A DNA stretch of 64,000 nucleotides from Dehalococcoidia bacterium (GTDB taxonomy: Bacteria; Chloroflexota; Dehalococcoidia; UBA6926), in NCBI GenBank assembly GCA_034428515.1, contig DAOUHQ010000013.1, positions 82,371-146,370 of the forward strand. The letters are read 5' to 3'. This document shows, in pieces, positions 42,975 through 54,744 of this stretch. The position numbers were made by a program, and so were the translations under genes. A model generated the notes under the pieces. The model was not told the origin of the DNA. It did no database searches and saw only the letters and a list, made by a program, of their open reading frames with translations. Position 1 is the stretch's first letter, and each line of letters begins with the position of its first letter.

Positions 42975-44630
42975 ATGAAGAATCAGTTAATTGCAAGAAG
43001 TGAAAACGACGCGCAAACAGCCGTTGCGCTCTACGCAAGAGTGTCGAGCGAACGGCAGGATGTTGACCTGTCGGTGTCGGCACAGTTGCGAGCACTCAGG
43101 GATTACGCCTCGAAGAACGGCTACGTCGTAGCGGGGGAGTATATCGACGAGGCTGAAAGCGGGCGGAACTCGCAGCGGCCGCAGTTCCGGCGCATGATCG
43201 ATGATGCCACGCGACCGCACGCGCCGTTCAAGGAGATCCTTGTCTGGAAATTCTCGCGGTTCACCCGCAAGAGGGAGCACTCTGTCGCGTACAAGTCGAT
43301 GCTTCGGCGGCGGGGCATCAGGGTTGTTTCAATCACTGAGCACGCCGACGAAAGCCCGCTGGGCAAGTTGATGGAAGGAATCATCGAGAGCGTCGATGAG
43401 TTCTATTCGGAGAACCTGGGACAGGAGGTCATGCGCGGTATGCGCGAGGCCGCATCGCGCGGCTTCTGGGTGTCGCCGCAAATCCCCCTCGGCTATCGCA
43501 AGGTCATGGTTGATGACAATGGCAAGAAGCGGCCCAAGCTTGAGATCGACCCTCCCGCAGATGCAGTTATCCGGCGGATTTTCGACATGGCTCTGCGCGG
43601 CAAGAGCTCCCTCGACATTGCCAAGGAGCTAAACGCCGAGGGGGTGCGGTCTCCCAAGGGCAAGCAATGGCGGAAGACGAGCGTCGTCGCCACGTTGTCC
43701 AATGAGGTATATACGGGCACGCTCGTGTGGGGTCTCACTGCCAGAGATAAAGGCGATGTGATTCGTCTGGAGGACGCCTTCCCCGCCATCGTGGAGAAAC
43801 AGGAGTTTCGGCGTGTGAGAAGGCTGCTCGAAACGCGGGCACCCAAGTGGATGCACCCTCGGCGCACGTCCAGCCCATACCTTCTGAGCGGCCTCCTCAA
43901 ATGCGCAACGTGCGGCAGCTTGATGACCGCGTCCGAGGCCAAGGGCGGCAGGTACACCTACTATGTCTGCCAGACCCTCCTCAAGAAGGGCAGCGGTACA
44001 TGCGAGACGCCGCGACTCAACTCCCAGTGGTTTGAGCAGTTGATCATCGACCAACTGCGGACCAACGTCCTGACTGAACAGAACATCCGCCATTTGGTCA
44101 TCATGCTCGATGAGGAGATGGACGGCGAAGCTCACTCGCTAAGGCAGACGCTGCAGACGACCGACGCCGAGTTGGGCGAGGTGAGCCGACGGCTTGAGAA
44201 TCTGTATGAGGCCGTGGAAACGTCCGAACTCGACTTGATCGACGTTGCGCCTCGCATCAAGCAACACCGCGAACGACAGGCTCAACTGGAAGCGGCTGTC
44301 GATGAGGCGCGGGCCGGACTCGCAGAACGCCGCAAGATTCTCGACCGGGTGGAGACCATCACGGCGTTCGCCAAGGAGATGGGTGAATTCCTGCGCACCA
44401 GCGAGATCACGGAGACGCGGTCATTCATCCGCTCATTCGTGAAGGGGATTAATGTCAGCCCGGGCAAGGCGGTGATCAACTACACTGTTCCCATGCCGGA
44501 GGATAGCCCGATTGGGGCTTCAAAGGTGACTGGGCTTGATCTGGAAGCCGCAGTTCGCAAAACAGACCAACATGGTGGGCGATACAGGACTCGAACCTGT
44601 GACCTCTTCCGTGTGAAGGAAGCGCTCTAA
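42975..44630 (+). CDS. Large serine recombinase (integrase)
   Basis: ALYARVSS catalytic motif, recombinase domain, CATCG...YYVCQ zinc ribbon, coiled coil; C-terminus overlaps tRNA-Val. Confidence 0.95.
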   Translation: MKNQLIARSENDAQTAVALYARVSSERQDVDLSVSAQLRALRDYASKNGYVVAGEYIDEAESGRNSQRPQFRRMIDDATRPHAPFKEILVWKFSRFTRKREHSVAYKSMLRRRGIRVVSITEHADESPLGKLMEGIIESVDEFYSENLGQEVMRGMREAASRGFWVSPQIPLGYRKVMVDDNGKKRPKLEIDPPADAVIRRIFDMALRGKSSLDIAKELNAEGVRSPKGKQWRKTSVVATLSNEVYTGTLVWGLTARDKGDVIRLEDAFPAIVEKQEFRRVRRLLETRAPKWMHPRRTSSPYLLSGLLKCATCGSLMTASEAKGGRYTYYVCQTLLKKGSGTCETPRLNSQWFEQLIIDQLRTNVLTEQNIRHLVIMLDEEMDGEAHSLRQTLQTTDAELGEVSRRLENLYEAVETSELDLIDVAPRIKQHRERQAQLEAAVDEARAGLAERRKILDRVETITAFAKEMGEFLRTSEITETRSFIRSFVKGINVSPGKAVINYTVPMPEDSPIGASKVTGLDLEAAVRKTDQHGGRYRTRTCDLFRVKEAL

Positions 44631-44649
44631 CCAGCTGAGCTAACCGCCC
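44573..44649 (-). tRNA. tRNA-Val(CAC)
   Basis: GGGCGGT acceptor stem, anticodon arm CTTCC-TTCACAC-GGAAG, GTTCGAGTCC T-loop, encoded CCA. Confidence 0.96.
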
Positions 44650-44760
44650 ACCGTTTGCCCCGGCCCGCTCCGTTCTCCATCGCGTCGCAGTTCAAGCTCG
44701 CGCGGAGACGGGTTCTTGGCGACGGTTATTGCCGTCGCGTGCCACGGCATGTGTCTCGTG

Positions 44761-44835
44761 TGGTGGCAACGACAGGATTCGAACCTGTGACCTAGCGCTT
44801 ATGAAGCGCCCGCTCTGCCGCTGAGCTACGTTGCC
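44761..44835 (-). tRNA. tRNA-Met(CAT), elongator type
   Basis: GGCAACG acceptor with G1-C72, loop TTCATAA, GTTCGAATCC, CCA end. tRNA-Ile2 is not strictly excluded. Confidence 0.9.
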
Positions 44836-45041
44836 GGGCACGATCGCAACCTATTCATGATACGTCGCTCGCTGAAAGGCGGTCAAAGCTGCGTCCAGGC
44901 TCGTGCGGGGAGTTTTGGTCCTGCGGGCAGAACAGGGAATGGCGGGTCGCGGCTATACTTTCTTCACGGACGTGTGAGTCCGGCGTGACGTGATTTCTTG
45001 CGACACGCTAGCGGACTTAATGGAGCGTTTCAGGAGGAAGA

Positions 45042-45452
45042 ATGGTGCAGGGTACCCCGCCATCGCCGCACATCGATCCGCTAACGTTGCGGGCGCGAAG
45101 CGATTCCGTCTTGCAGCGGAGCGTTGGAGATTTGCGCGAGACACTTCTGGCCGCTATCGACCAGATTGAGCGATTCCCGGCCGTGTTTCCCGATTCGCCC
45201 CTCGAGGCGATTGAGGTGGAGCCTCGCGAGATGGAGTCGCCGGATCGCGGGCCTATCGTGGTCTGCCCGGACGGGGAGATCTATGAGCTTGTCGTCAGGG
45301 CGACGTTTGAGACTCTTGGCTCGCAGGAGTATGCAGACCGGCGCGAGGAGATCAGGCCGCTCGATCTGCCGCTGCACGAGTACATTGCATACCTGTATAA
45401 CGCGATCCTGGCCGTGACGGATTATCTGTACCGATCAGCGCAGGGCTCCTAG
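45042..45452 (+). CDS. Hypothetical protein
   Basis: AGGAGG before ATG; fills the gap between the tRNAs and the convergent operon. Confidence 0.6.
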   Translation: MVQGTPPSPHIDPLTLRARSDSVLQRSVGDLRETLLAAIDQIERFPAVFPDSPLEAIEVEPREMESPDRGPIVVCPDGEIYELVVRATFETLGSQEYADRREEIRPLDLPLHEYIAYLYNAILAVTDYLYRSAQGS

Positions 45453-45979
45453 CCTATTTGTTGGAATGAGTCGCCTTTGTAGTCGTCCTTGCTCTTGAGA
45501 TAGGCCTGCAGTGGGCCCTGCTGGACGCCGCGCAAGCGGTCATCAACTTCACGGGCGGGCTTGGCGGGGCTGCCCATCACAAGTGTGTTCGCCTCGATCT
45601 TGGTGCCGGGTGTGACAAGAGAGCCCGCGCCGACGATTGCTCCGTCTCCAATCTCGATTTCAGCGGGGCCGGGCGCGCCGACGCACTTTGCGGCGTTGGC
45701 AATGAGGACGTTGTCGCCGGTCTTGACGTGATGGACGAGGGTCATGTGGGCGATGACGCAGTTCGCGCCAATGGTCGTTTCCTCATGGAGCACCGCGCCG
45801 TCCTGGATGTTGGTGTTCTCACCGACCGTGATGCGGCCGGAATCTCCACGCAGGGTTGCGTTGAACCAGATGCTGACGTTGGGCCCGATTACCACATCAC
45901 CGATGACGCTCGCCGACGGGGCAATCCACGCAGTGGGATCAACCTGAGGCGTCTTGCCGTTTATTGAGTAGATTGCCAT
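45449..45979 (-). CDS. Gamma-carbonic anhydrase family (YrdA/PaaY-like) protein
   Basis: Hexapeptide repeats, SIWFNATLRGD, NIQDGAVLH. Confidence 0.88.
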   Translation of the reverse strand: MAIYSINGKTPQVDPTAWIAPSASVIGDVVIGPNVSIWFNATLRGDSGRITVGENTNIQDGAVLHEETTIGANCVIAHMTLVHHVKTGDNVLIANAAKCVGAPGPAEIEIGDGAIVGAGSLVTPGTKIEANTLVMGSPAKPAREVDDRLRGVQQGPLQAYLKSKDDYKGDSFQQIG

Positions 45980-46037
45980 TCCTGAATCCTCCTTATTGGA
46001 TCAGCTTTGCCCAGGGTAGGGATCTGTTGATTCCTGT

Positions 46038-46493
46038 TCATCCTGTCGCGATAGTAACGACTGCGGTGCCGCCCTGCGGGCGCTGGTTGTCTGCGCGCAG
46101 TAGGTATACGTCGATTTCAAGGATGACACGGTCGGGCTCGTCGTGGCGGTCGGTGACGACTCCGGTGGCGGTGTATGTCTCGCCCTGGTTGACGGGCATG
46201 CGGAACACGCAGTCGAGCTTTTCGATGCGGCCGTTGGGCAGCCAACGCTGTAGGGCAGTTTCCATGGCTGTCATCCCGAGGTTGCCGGGGACGATCATGC
46301 TGTTGAAGCCCTCACTGCGGGCGGTTTCTTCGTCCGTAAACCGGCTGAGTCCGTTCATGGAGCCTCGCTCGGCGTCGTTGTCATTGAGCCAGCCCGAGAG
46401 CGCCATCATGTCCTTGACCCATGACGTGTCGGGCGTCCATTCGATGGGCGGGACCTCGTCACCGATGTCCGCGTGAACCTGGATATCAGTCAT
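46038..46493 (-). CDS. MaoC-family hotdog dehydratase subunit
   Basis: ARSEGFNSMIVPG...FRMPVNQGETYTATGVV. Confidence 0.75.
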   Translation of the reverse strand: MTDIQVHADIGDEVPPIEWTPDTSWVKDMMALSGWLNDNDAERGSMNGLSRFTDEETARSEGFNSMIVPGNLGMTAMETALQRWLPNGRIEKLDCVFRMPVNQGETYTATGVVTDRHDEPDRVILEIDVYLLRADNQRPQGGTAVVTIATG

Positions 46494-46993
46494 GACTGCG
46501 CCTCCCCGTTCCTCGCGGGCGGAACGCCGGGCGCGCGATAGACCATGGAGTCGCGGGCGCGGGCGACAAGTTCGCCGGCATCGTTGCGAAAGAGTATCTC
46601 CCAGACCTCAAAGGCCATCGTGCCGGAGCGGCCGGTCTTGGAGTAGACGTCCTGCAGTACGGCGTAGCGATTGAGGCGGTCTCCGACGTAGATTGGGGCG
46701 TGGAGTTCAATGGCGCGCCCAGCGTTGAGGCCGACGGTTGCGCCCTCCAAGTTAACGTCTGCTCCCCGTTCCTGGTTCCTGGTAAAGAAAACGTTGAGCA
46801 TGGCCATGGGGGCTTCCTGCCGCTCACCGTCCCCCAGTTCGATCCTGGGAATGCCGGTTAGCTCGATATAACGGTCGACCATCTCCTGCGTCAACTCAAT
46901 GACTCCCGTCATCTGTTCGACATGCAATATGGCCTCATTGAACGTGATCTGCGGGGTGGCCGCATCTGCCCCCGCCGCGTCGGATGTTGTCAT
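46490..46993 (-). CDS. MaoC-N/FAS1-like dehydratase subunit
   Basis: LNAGRAIELHAPIYVGD...YSKTGRSGTMAF; paired with the MaoC gene. Confidence 0.75.
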   Translation of the reverse strand: MTTSDAAGADAATPQITFNEAILHVEQMTGVIELTQEMVDRYIELTGIPRIELGDGERQEAPMAMLNVFFTRNQERGADVNLEGATVGLNAGRAIELHAPIYVGDRLNRYAVLQDVYSKTGRSGTMAFEVWEILFRNDAGELVARARDSMVYRAPGVPPARNGEAQS

Positions 46994-47026
46994 TACTTCG
47001 TGTTCCTCCCGTTCCCCAAGAAGAGG

Positions 47027-47677
47027 CTACTCATGCGTGTCCTCCAGCCGGACGGCTGTGAACTCCGATGCTCTCAGGGCCTCGACAAGCTCCGCCTCGG
47101 ACGAGATCGGTGAGTCGAATGCCGTGAGGCAGCGAGCGATGGCGCTGACAAAGTGTGCATCGCTGCCGCCGATTCCAGAGTAGCCTTTTTCCGCCACCAA
47201 TTTCTCGGCTGTGTCGGCTTCCTCCGGTCGGTTGCCGCCATTCAGGCGCTCGACGATGGATACCTGCGGGAACTCTATTCCATCAGAGATCCACGCGGCG
47301 AGGCCGATACCGGCGCGTCCGGGGTGGGCGGGAATGGCGATTGCGCCGTTCGCCTCCGCTGTTTCCATTAGCTGAAATGGATCCATTGCAACATCCGTTG
47401 GATCGATTGCACCTGCCAGTTTGTCGGAGATGCCGTAGACGAGGAAATGCCCGTGGCGGGTGTCGAGTTCCGCTCCTCGTAAGACGGTGATACCGAATTG
47501 CTCGCTCAAATCGGAGTAATCCGCGTCCAGGGAGAACTGACGATGTTCAGTGAGGACGATACCATCCACCTTCATGCCGCGCTTCCTGAGCGTGCCGATC
47601 CATTTCAGGTACTGTTCCACCGTCGCGCGGGAGTCGTCGGAGGCGACAGAGTGAGAATGGAGGTCGTAGTAGTGCAT
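47027..47677 (-). CDS. PHP-domain metal-dependent phosphoesterase
   Basis: DLHSHS, LTEH, AHP, GGSDAH; start set at 47677. Confidence 0.88.
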   Translation of the reverse strand: MHYYDLHSHSVASDDSRATVEQYLKWIGTLRKRGMKVDGIVLTEHRQFSLDADYSDLSEQFGITVLRGAELDTRHGHFLVYGISDKLAGAIDPTDVAMDPFQLMETAEANGAIAIPAHPGRAGIGLAAWISDGIEFPQVSIVERLNGGNRPEEADTAEKLVAEKGYSGIGGSDAHFVSAIARCLTAFDSPISSEAELVEALRASEFTAVRLEDTHE

Positions 47678-47703
47678 TCCTGCAGGGGTTAACGGCCGAT
47701 CGC

Positions 47704-49554
47704 CTATCGATGCCAGTCTGCGATGTTCCAGAGTTCGCTGTCCCAAGCGTTCATGACAATACCCTGAAGGGAGGTTGCCTTGGCGGAGACGAACCCGCGG
47801 TTTACAAGCGGAATCTCGTATGCCGGAATCACGATGGCATCGTTGAGGGCACGCACGGTGGCCTCGCGTTCGCTTTCGGATTGTCCATCTAGTTGCATGT
47901 ATAGCCAATCGTAGGTTTCGTTGCACAGGCGAGCGTTATTCTCTTCTGACCACATGTTTTCACGCGACTGGACATGGTCGCACAGGTATGAGGAAAAGTA
48001 GTCTGCCGGATCCAGGCCGGTGCCGGTTGTGTACATCTGGACGTCCGCGATGAAACGACGATATGACTCCGTATGTTCGGCGGGGTTGCCACCGAAGAAG
48101 ATGCTGGCATCATGTGTAATCAGCTGGCTCTCGATGCCGATTTCAGACCACCAGCTCTGGATCAACGCAAACGTGCCTTCCCGGACGGCGTTGACGGTGG
48201 TCTGGTAGGTCAGACTGAGCGGGACACCGTTGTACTCGCGGATGCCGTCACCATCTGAGTCAGTCACAGCGTTCTCATCGAGCAGGGCCTTGGCTCCCTC
48301 GATGTCCTGAACAAGGCAGCCGTCGTTGCGTTCGGAGACAAACCGCTCCGGCGCCGTGACGAGGTTGCACGTGGGCGTGCCTGCAGCCCCGTAAAGGTCA
48401 TCGACGATACGTTGGCGGTCGATGGCCATGGACAGGGCTTTTCGAATGGGCGTGAACGTCAGGAACGGATGGGGGTTATCGCCGTCCAGGTACTCTGAGC
48501 GGTTGTCCACGTTCTCCGTGTGGGGGTTCGTCTGATTAACGACAATTCGTTCGACATCGCTTGCGAATGCCGTGATGATTTCGCCGCGCCCGTTGGCAAC
48601 CCACAGATTTAGTTGAGCCGGGGTTACCTGCAGATTCCAGGCATAGTCCGCAGTTTCATCTACAAGGACGGCCTGTGCGGCTGACTCGGCGTCGCCTCCA
48701 CCGATGAGCTCGACGCGGTCAAAATGCGGCCGTCCGCCCCAATAGTGAGGGTTTCTCTCAAAGATGGCGCGATCATTGGGAGTAAACTCAACGATTTGAT
48801 ACGGGCCGGAGCCGATGGGAACCCGGTGCTGCTCATCGCAATTGGGCGTGGCTGTGGCGATGCAGTTCTCGAACTGGGCCTTGCTGATGATCGGGGTGCT
48901 GGTTCCTGCAAGGAGCAATACCGGGTTTCTGGACTCTTCTCCAAGGGTAAAGACGACTTCCCGGTTGCCCACGGCCTCAACAGACTCAAATGCGCTAAAG
49001 GTGTGTTCAGAGAGACAACCGATCCCTTCAGTTGTGCAATAAAGCCAGGTGAAGACAACATCGTCTGCGGTGAGGTCGCTCCCATCGGACCACTTGAGAT
49101 TCTCACGCAGTCGCCATGTGATGGTGAGACCGTCTTCAGAGATGCCGCCATTCTCGGCGGAGGGAATCTCCTCGGCGAGTTGTGCAACGGGGTTGCCATT
49201 GGGGTCGATAACGGCCAGGGGCTCAAGCACGACGGCTCCGGCGTCCCGATCCTTGAAGCCGGACGCTTGGTACGGGAAGGGCAGGGTCGGCGCTTGCCAA
49301 TAGAGGATGGTCAGGACTTCTTCCTCAGGCTGTGGGGTGGGGTCAATTAGGGGACGGGGCGTGGCGGTGGCTGTTGGCTCAGGTGTCGCGGTAGGAGGAG
49401 TGGGGGTTGCGGTTGGTTGTGCGGGGACCGGGGTTGCGACGGCGGGCGCGCGTGTTGGAACGGGGGTTGGTTCTTCTTCGTCTTCACACGCGACAGAGGC
49501 GGCAACCAAGGCAGCGGCGATGAGGGCGATTGTGAGTAAGCGCCAGTGCTTCAT
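47704..49554 (-). CDS. Peptide ABC transporter substrate-binding lipoprotein (family 5)
   Basis: Lipobox SVA-C, Pro/Thr linker, WRLRENLKWSDGSDLTADDVVFT, PIGSGPY. Confidence 0.9.
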   Translation of the reverse strand: MKHWRLLTIALIAAALVAASVACEDEEEPTPVPTRAPAVATPVPAQPTATPTPPTATPEPTATATPRPLIDPTPQPEEEVLTILYWQAPTLPFPYQASGFKDRDAGAVVLEPLAVIDPNGNPVAQLAEEIPSAENGGISEDGLTITWRLRENLKWSDGSDLTADDVVFTWLYCTTEGIGCLSEHTFSAFESVEAVGNREVVFTLGEESRNPVLLLAGTSTPIISKAQFENCIATATPNCDEQHRVPIGSGPYQIVEFTPNDRAIFERNPHYWGGRPHFDRVELIGGGDAESAAQAVLVDETADYAWNLQVTPAQLNLWVANGRGEIITAFASDVERIVVNQTNPHTENVDNRSEYLDGDNPHPFLTFTPIRKALSMAIDRQRIVDDLYGAAGTPTCNLVTAPERFVSERNDGCLVQDIEGAKALLDENAVTDSDGDGIREYNGVPLSLTYQTTVNAVREGTFALIQSWWSEIGIESQLITHDASIFFGGNPAEHTESYRRFIADVQMYTTGTGLDPADYFSSYLCDHVQSRENMWSEENNARLCNETYDWLYMQLDGQSESEREATVRALNDAIVIPAYEIPLVNRGFVSAKATSLQGIVMNAWDSELWNIADWHR

Positions 49555-49616
49555 TGATCCTCCGGTTGGTTAATTGGAGTATGCGGGTTCGGACGAGGAC
49601 GGCCGCAGTTCGGTAC

Positions 49617-50765
49617 TCACTCCGGAACCTGGCCTCCAACAAAGGTCTTGGCCCAGTCCATTGCCTCAATGATGCTTGAGCGGTCATCAAGGGGCTGGGG
49701 GCGGTGAGCGTTGGCGGCGCGATCGATGATCTTGGGGATGTCAGTTAATCCAATCTGCTGGGAGAGGAAGAGTTCAATAGCGGCGTCGTTGGCAGCCGCG
49801 ACTACGGCAGGGTAGGTGTCACCCTGCCGTGCGGCATCAATAGCGATCTGGTAGCAGGGGAAAAGCTCATGTTCCAGCGGTTCAAAGGACAGTCTACCCT
49901 CTGCGAGAAGGTCGACGCGGTTGATTTCCGCGTTCGCCCACCGGTGCGGATAGGCGAGCGAGAGCTGGACGGGGACTCGCATGTCCGGGATGAAAAGCGC
50001 GGACTTGACGGAGCCATCGTTGAATTCGGTCAGCGCGCGTACGAGGCCCTGTGGATGGAAAAGGATATTGATGTTCTCAAGCGGGATGTCATAGAGGGAG
50101 TTGATCACGGCGACCTGCGTTGCCTTGACCATGAGGGTGGAGGCATCGATTGCGCGTTTGCGTCCGACGGCTCGGGCAGGGCGGGCGTTCGGCATCGAGG
50201 AGGGGAGCTGGGTTCCGTGACGGGGCAGGCGGCGGGCCTGCACCGTGCCCCACGTCGAGGTCATGGTGACCTGCCGCACGGATTCCGTGTCTTCGCCCCA
50301 CAGGGTCTGCCAAACACCCATCGGCTCGTCATCGAGGGGGTAGATAGTGGCGCCGGTTTCTTTGGCGCGGCGCGTTAGAAGCGCGCCGGCGATGTACAGG
50401 GTGTCTATGTTGCCAATGGCGACACGCTTTCCCGCGTCAATGGCCGCCCATGCGGCTTCCAGGCTGTTTCGCCCGACGCTGGCGATGACGGCCATGTCGA
50501 CTTCCGGCGAAGAGACCATGTCATTGATGGACATGAACTCCACGCCCTCCGGTACATCGGTACGCCATCGTCCCCGCGCGAATCCCGCAAGGGAAGGACG
50601 GTATTCCTGAATCTGTTCGGCAAGGCGCTCAAGATTGGAACCTGCGGCGAGGCCGACAATCTTGACGTTGTCACCCAGGGAACGGGCAACCGAGAGGACG
50701 ATCTGACCGAGCGAACCTGTAGAGCCGACAACTGCTATTCGGAGCGGCGCGGAATCCGTGGTCAT
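49617..50765 (-). CDS. dxr: DXR (1-deoxy-D-xylulose-5-phosphate reductoisomerase)-like protein with degenerate active site
   Basis: GSTGSLG, LAAGSN, PDMRVP and overall layout are conserved; NKE, DSEH, SGG and NKGLE motifs are altered. Confidence 0.8.
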   Translation of the reverse strand: MTTDSAPLRIAVVGSTGSLGQIVLSVARSLGDNVKIVGLAAGSNLERLAEQIQEYRPSLAGFARGRWRTDVPEGVEFMSINDMVSSPEVDMAVIASVGRNSLEAAWAAIDAGKRVAIGNIDTLYIAGALLTRRAKETGATIYPLDDEPMGVWQTLWGEDTESVRQVTMTSTWGTVQARRLPRHGTQLPSSMPNARPARAVGRKRAIDASTLMVKATQVAVINSLYDIPLENINILFHPQGLVRALTEFNDGSVKSALFIPDMRVPVQLSLAYPHRWANAEINRVDLLAEGRLSFEPLEHELFPCYQIAIDAARQGDTYPAVVAAANDAAIELFLSQQIGLTDIPKIIDRAANAHRPQPLDDRSSIIEAMDWAKTFVGGQVPE

Positions 50766-50839
50766 GGCACCTCCACTCCTTTGCCGGGACGGGGCGTTTT
50801 CGTCCCCTCTAAATCATTCACAACGATGCAAATTCTCGA

Positions 50840-52180
50840 TTACAGATTATCCAGCTTGTCTGCGATGAGCGTGGCAACGTGGTCGTGAATGGACGGCTCC
50901 CGAATGGCATCCACGATCTCCGAGACGAAGGCGCGAATAAGCATCATCCGCGCTTCTTCCTCTTCAATCCCGCGGCTCAGCAGGTAGAACATGGAATCCT
51001 CGTCAAGGTTGCCGCATGCCGCGCCGTGTCCACAGCGCACATCATCGCAATAGATCCAGAACGCGGGCTTGGTGTCCGCCTCCGCGTCATTGGAGAGCAG
51101 CAGGTTCTTGTCCACCTGCATCGCGTTCACCTTGGCGGCGTTGGGGCGGACGATGATGCTGCCGTGGAAGACTGAGCGGGCATGGCCGTCAAGGATTCCC
51201 TTGTAGAGTTCGTTCATATCGTTGTGACCGACGAGATGGTCGACGATGACCTGGTTATCAACGTGCTGGTCACGGCTGATGACGTACGCGCCGCGGACAT
51301 CGCTGTTCGATCCCTCGCCCGCCATGATGACAGTGAGATTGTTGCGGGTAAGCCGTCCGCCGATGTCGATGGCCATGGAGCGGAAATTAGCGTTCTCGTT
51401 GACCTCAACCTGCGTGGTTGAGACGTTGTACGTCGCTTCGCTCTCCTGCTGGACCTTGCAGTAGGAGATGCTGGCGCCCGCGCCGACGACGATTTCCGTG
51501 ACGGCGTTGGTGAGATGGGCGTCGTCAGACAGGGAGACGTGTGTCTCCACTATGGACGCGGAGCTGTCCTCTCCGGCGATGATGAGGGTGCGGGGCATGG
51601 ATGCCGTTCCCTGCGTTTGCTCGGTGGAAACATAGACAATCTGGATGGGTTGCTCGACCGAGGCCATGCGCGGGAGGAGGATGAGCGCGCCGTCCGCCGC
51701 GAGGGCGGTGTTGAGGGCGGTAAAGCCCTGCTCCTTGTGGTCGGCGAGACGGGTCAGATGGGCGCGGACGGCATCCGATTCGGAGTGGACGGCTTCGGCC
51801 AGGCTTCCCGTGACGACGCCGTCCGGCAAGCTGTCCAAAGCGGAAAGCTCCGGCGTGTATCGGCCATCGACAATGACGACGCGATGCCATGACGGATCGC
51901 CGATGTTTAAGGATTCAAGATTAAGGGCGGCAGCGGCGTCGGGTTCTGCGAAAGTGGGCGCCGCGAATCCCTGGCGGACGAGGGGTCGGATGTCCGTGTA
52001 TTTCCATTCCTCATTGCCGCGACGGGTGGTGGGGAGGCCGAGTTCCTGGAAGCTATCCAACGCCTCGGCGCGAATATCCGCGATCCAATCAGGGTCGCGG
52101 CCGGCGCGCGCTGCGTGGTACTCGCGCGCCGCGCCTGCGAAATCTGTGAGGTACGTATCGAGCGGGCTTGTGGTGGTCAT
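50840..52180 (-). CDS. sufD: Fe-S cluster assembly protein SufD
   Basis: EEWKYTD, beta-helix, YKGILD...VFHG, LLLS...ADTKP...CGHGA. Start set at 52180. Confidence 0.92.
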   Translation of the reverse strand: MTTTSPLDTYLTDFAGAAREYHAARAGRDPDWIADIRAEALDSFQELGLPTTRRGNEEWKYTDIRPLVRQGFAAPTFAEPDAAAALNLESLNIGDPSWHRVVIVDGRYTPELSALDSLPDGVVTGSLAEAVHSESDAVRAHLTRLADHKEQGFTALNTALAADGALILLPRMASVEQPIQIVYVSTEQTQGTASMPRTLIIAGEDSSASIVETHVSLSDDAHLTNAVTEIVVGAGASISYCKVQQESEATYNVSTTQVEVNENANFRSMAIDIGGRLTRNNLTVIMAGEGSNSDVRGAYVISRDQHVDNQVIVDHLVGHNDMNELYKGILDGHARSVFHGSIIVRPNAAKVNAMQVDKNLLLSNDAEADTKPAFWIYCDDVRCGHGAACGNLDEDSMFYLLSRGIEEEEARMMLIRAFVSEIVDAIREPSIHDHVATLIADKLDNL

Positions 52181-52214
52181 TTGGTGCTTGCCGGATTGCC
52201 GTTTTACGGGCTGT

Positions 52215-53705
<1,491 letters not shown>

Positions 53706-53844
53706 AGAGTTTCACCTGCCTCAGTAGTTGCTCAATGGGGTCGGCGTCCTGCGGATATCTCAATCTGAACCAATCCGCAGACACTCCCACTCGCCTATTG
53801 TACCTGTATAGCAGACCTCGTGCGATATCAATTGCCCCATTCGG

Positions 53845-54618
53845 CTATTTGCCCGCGAAACGAGCATTACCGCTTGAAACCCAAGAACGAACCTGTCGTT
53901 CCGCCCGGCCTGAAATCAGTATCAGCCCGATGGCGATGAGCCATACGAAGAAGACCATGCCGGACATGCGATGCAGGGCGGTGAAATCCTGAATCCATAT
54001 CAGTTGCATCACCGCTCCCACGACTGCGGAAACGGGCGCTATGGTGCGGAGGATTCCGCCAAACCGGTACTGCCAGGGGGACACAACGATGAGGGCAAGG
54101 CCCACGATTGAGAAGCCTGCCACACCGGTGAGCCAATGGAACTCGTCCATGAATTCATGGATCGAGCTTGCTGATCCGCCCGAGCCGGGCAGGGATGCGG
54201 TCAACAGGATTGCGGTAAGGCCGGAGATGGTGGTGAAGACGCCTGACAGGGCAAGGATGCCGGGGACAATGGGCGTTACACGCCGCTCACGGATGATCCA
54301 CGTCCGGTACAAGTAGAGCGCGGCCACAGTCAGCGTTATGCCCGACGCGAGCCTGCCAGCGCCGCTCAGGGCGTAGGGGAACCTGCTATCAGCGATTGCA
54401 GCCAGCGTCTCCTGCACGGTGTCACGGTCCGCATCTGCCGCGACACGCCCCGCCACCGCGACCAACGTCACGAGCGCGGTGAGAATCAGGAAAAGTCCGG
54501 CGTTTCGGGCTGCTTTGCTGGGAACAGCCGTCTCTGTGTGGGCAACAGAGGATTCCGCCTGCGCGCGTTGACGCGCGTCGCTCTTTGGTTCGTCTGAATC
54601 GTTGCCTATTGCTGTCAT
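53845..54618 (-). CDS. Polytopic membrane protein (DUF4386-like)
   Basis: About six hydrophobic helices; family assignment tentative. Confidence 0.55.
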   Translation of the reverse strand: MTAIGNDSDEPKSDARQRAQAESSVAHTETAVPSKAARNAGLFLILTALVTLVAVAGRVAADADRDTVQETLAAIADSRFPYALSGAGRLASGITLTVAALYLYRTWIIRERRVTPIVPGILALSGVFTTISGLTAILLTASLPGSGGSASSIHEFMDEFHWLTGVAGFSIVGLALIVVSPWQYRFGGILRTIAPVSAVVGAVMQLIWIQDFTALHRMSGMVFFVWLIAIGLILISGRAERQVRSWVSSGNARFAGK

Positions 54619-54744
54619 TGACCTGAGAACAATGGTAAGGGAGGTCGATGGGGTTGGCAAAGCAGATTCGCAATACAAGGGCTATTGAGGGGGCGTATAG
54701 TAATGGAGTCACGCGGGGCGGGCCTGCGAGCAAGGGAGTTCATT

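Larger units (their letters stand above)
4772..44582. mobile_element. Integrative conjugative element inserted at the 3' end of tRNA-Val(CAC); left boundary uncertain and may include the defence genes at 1-4673
   Basis: Large serine recombinase abutting the tRNA, VirB4/VirD4/PrgI/VirB6-like/pilin genes, Replic_Relax protein, primase, ssb, radC and recombination genes. Housekeeping genes resume beyond the tRNAs. Confidence 0.88.
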
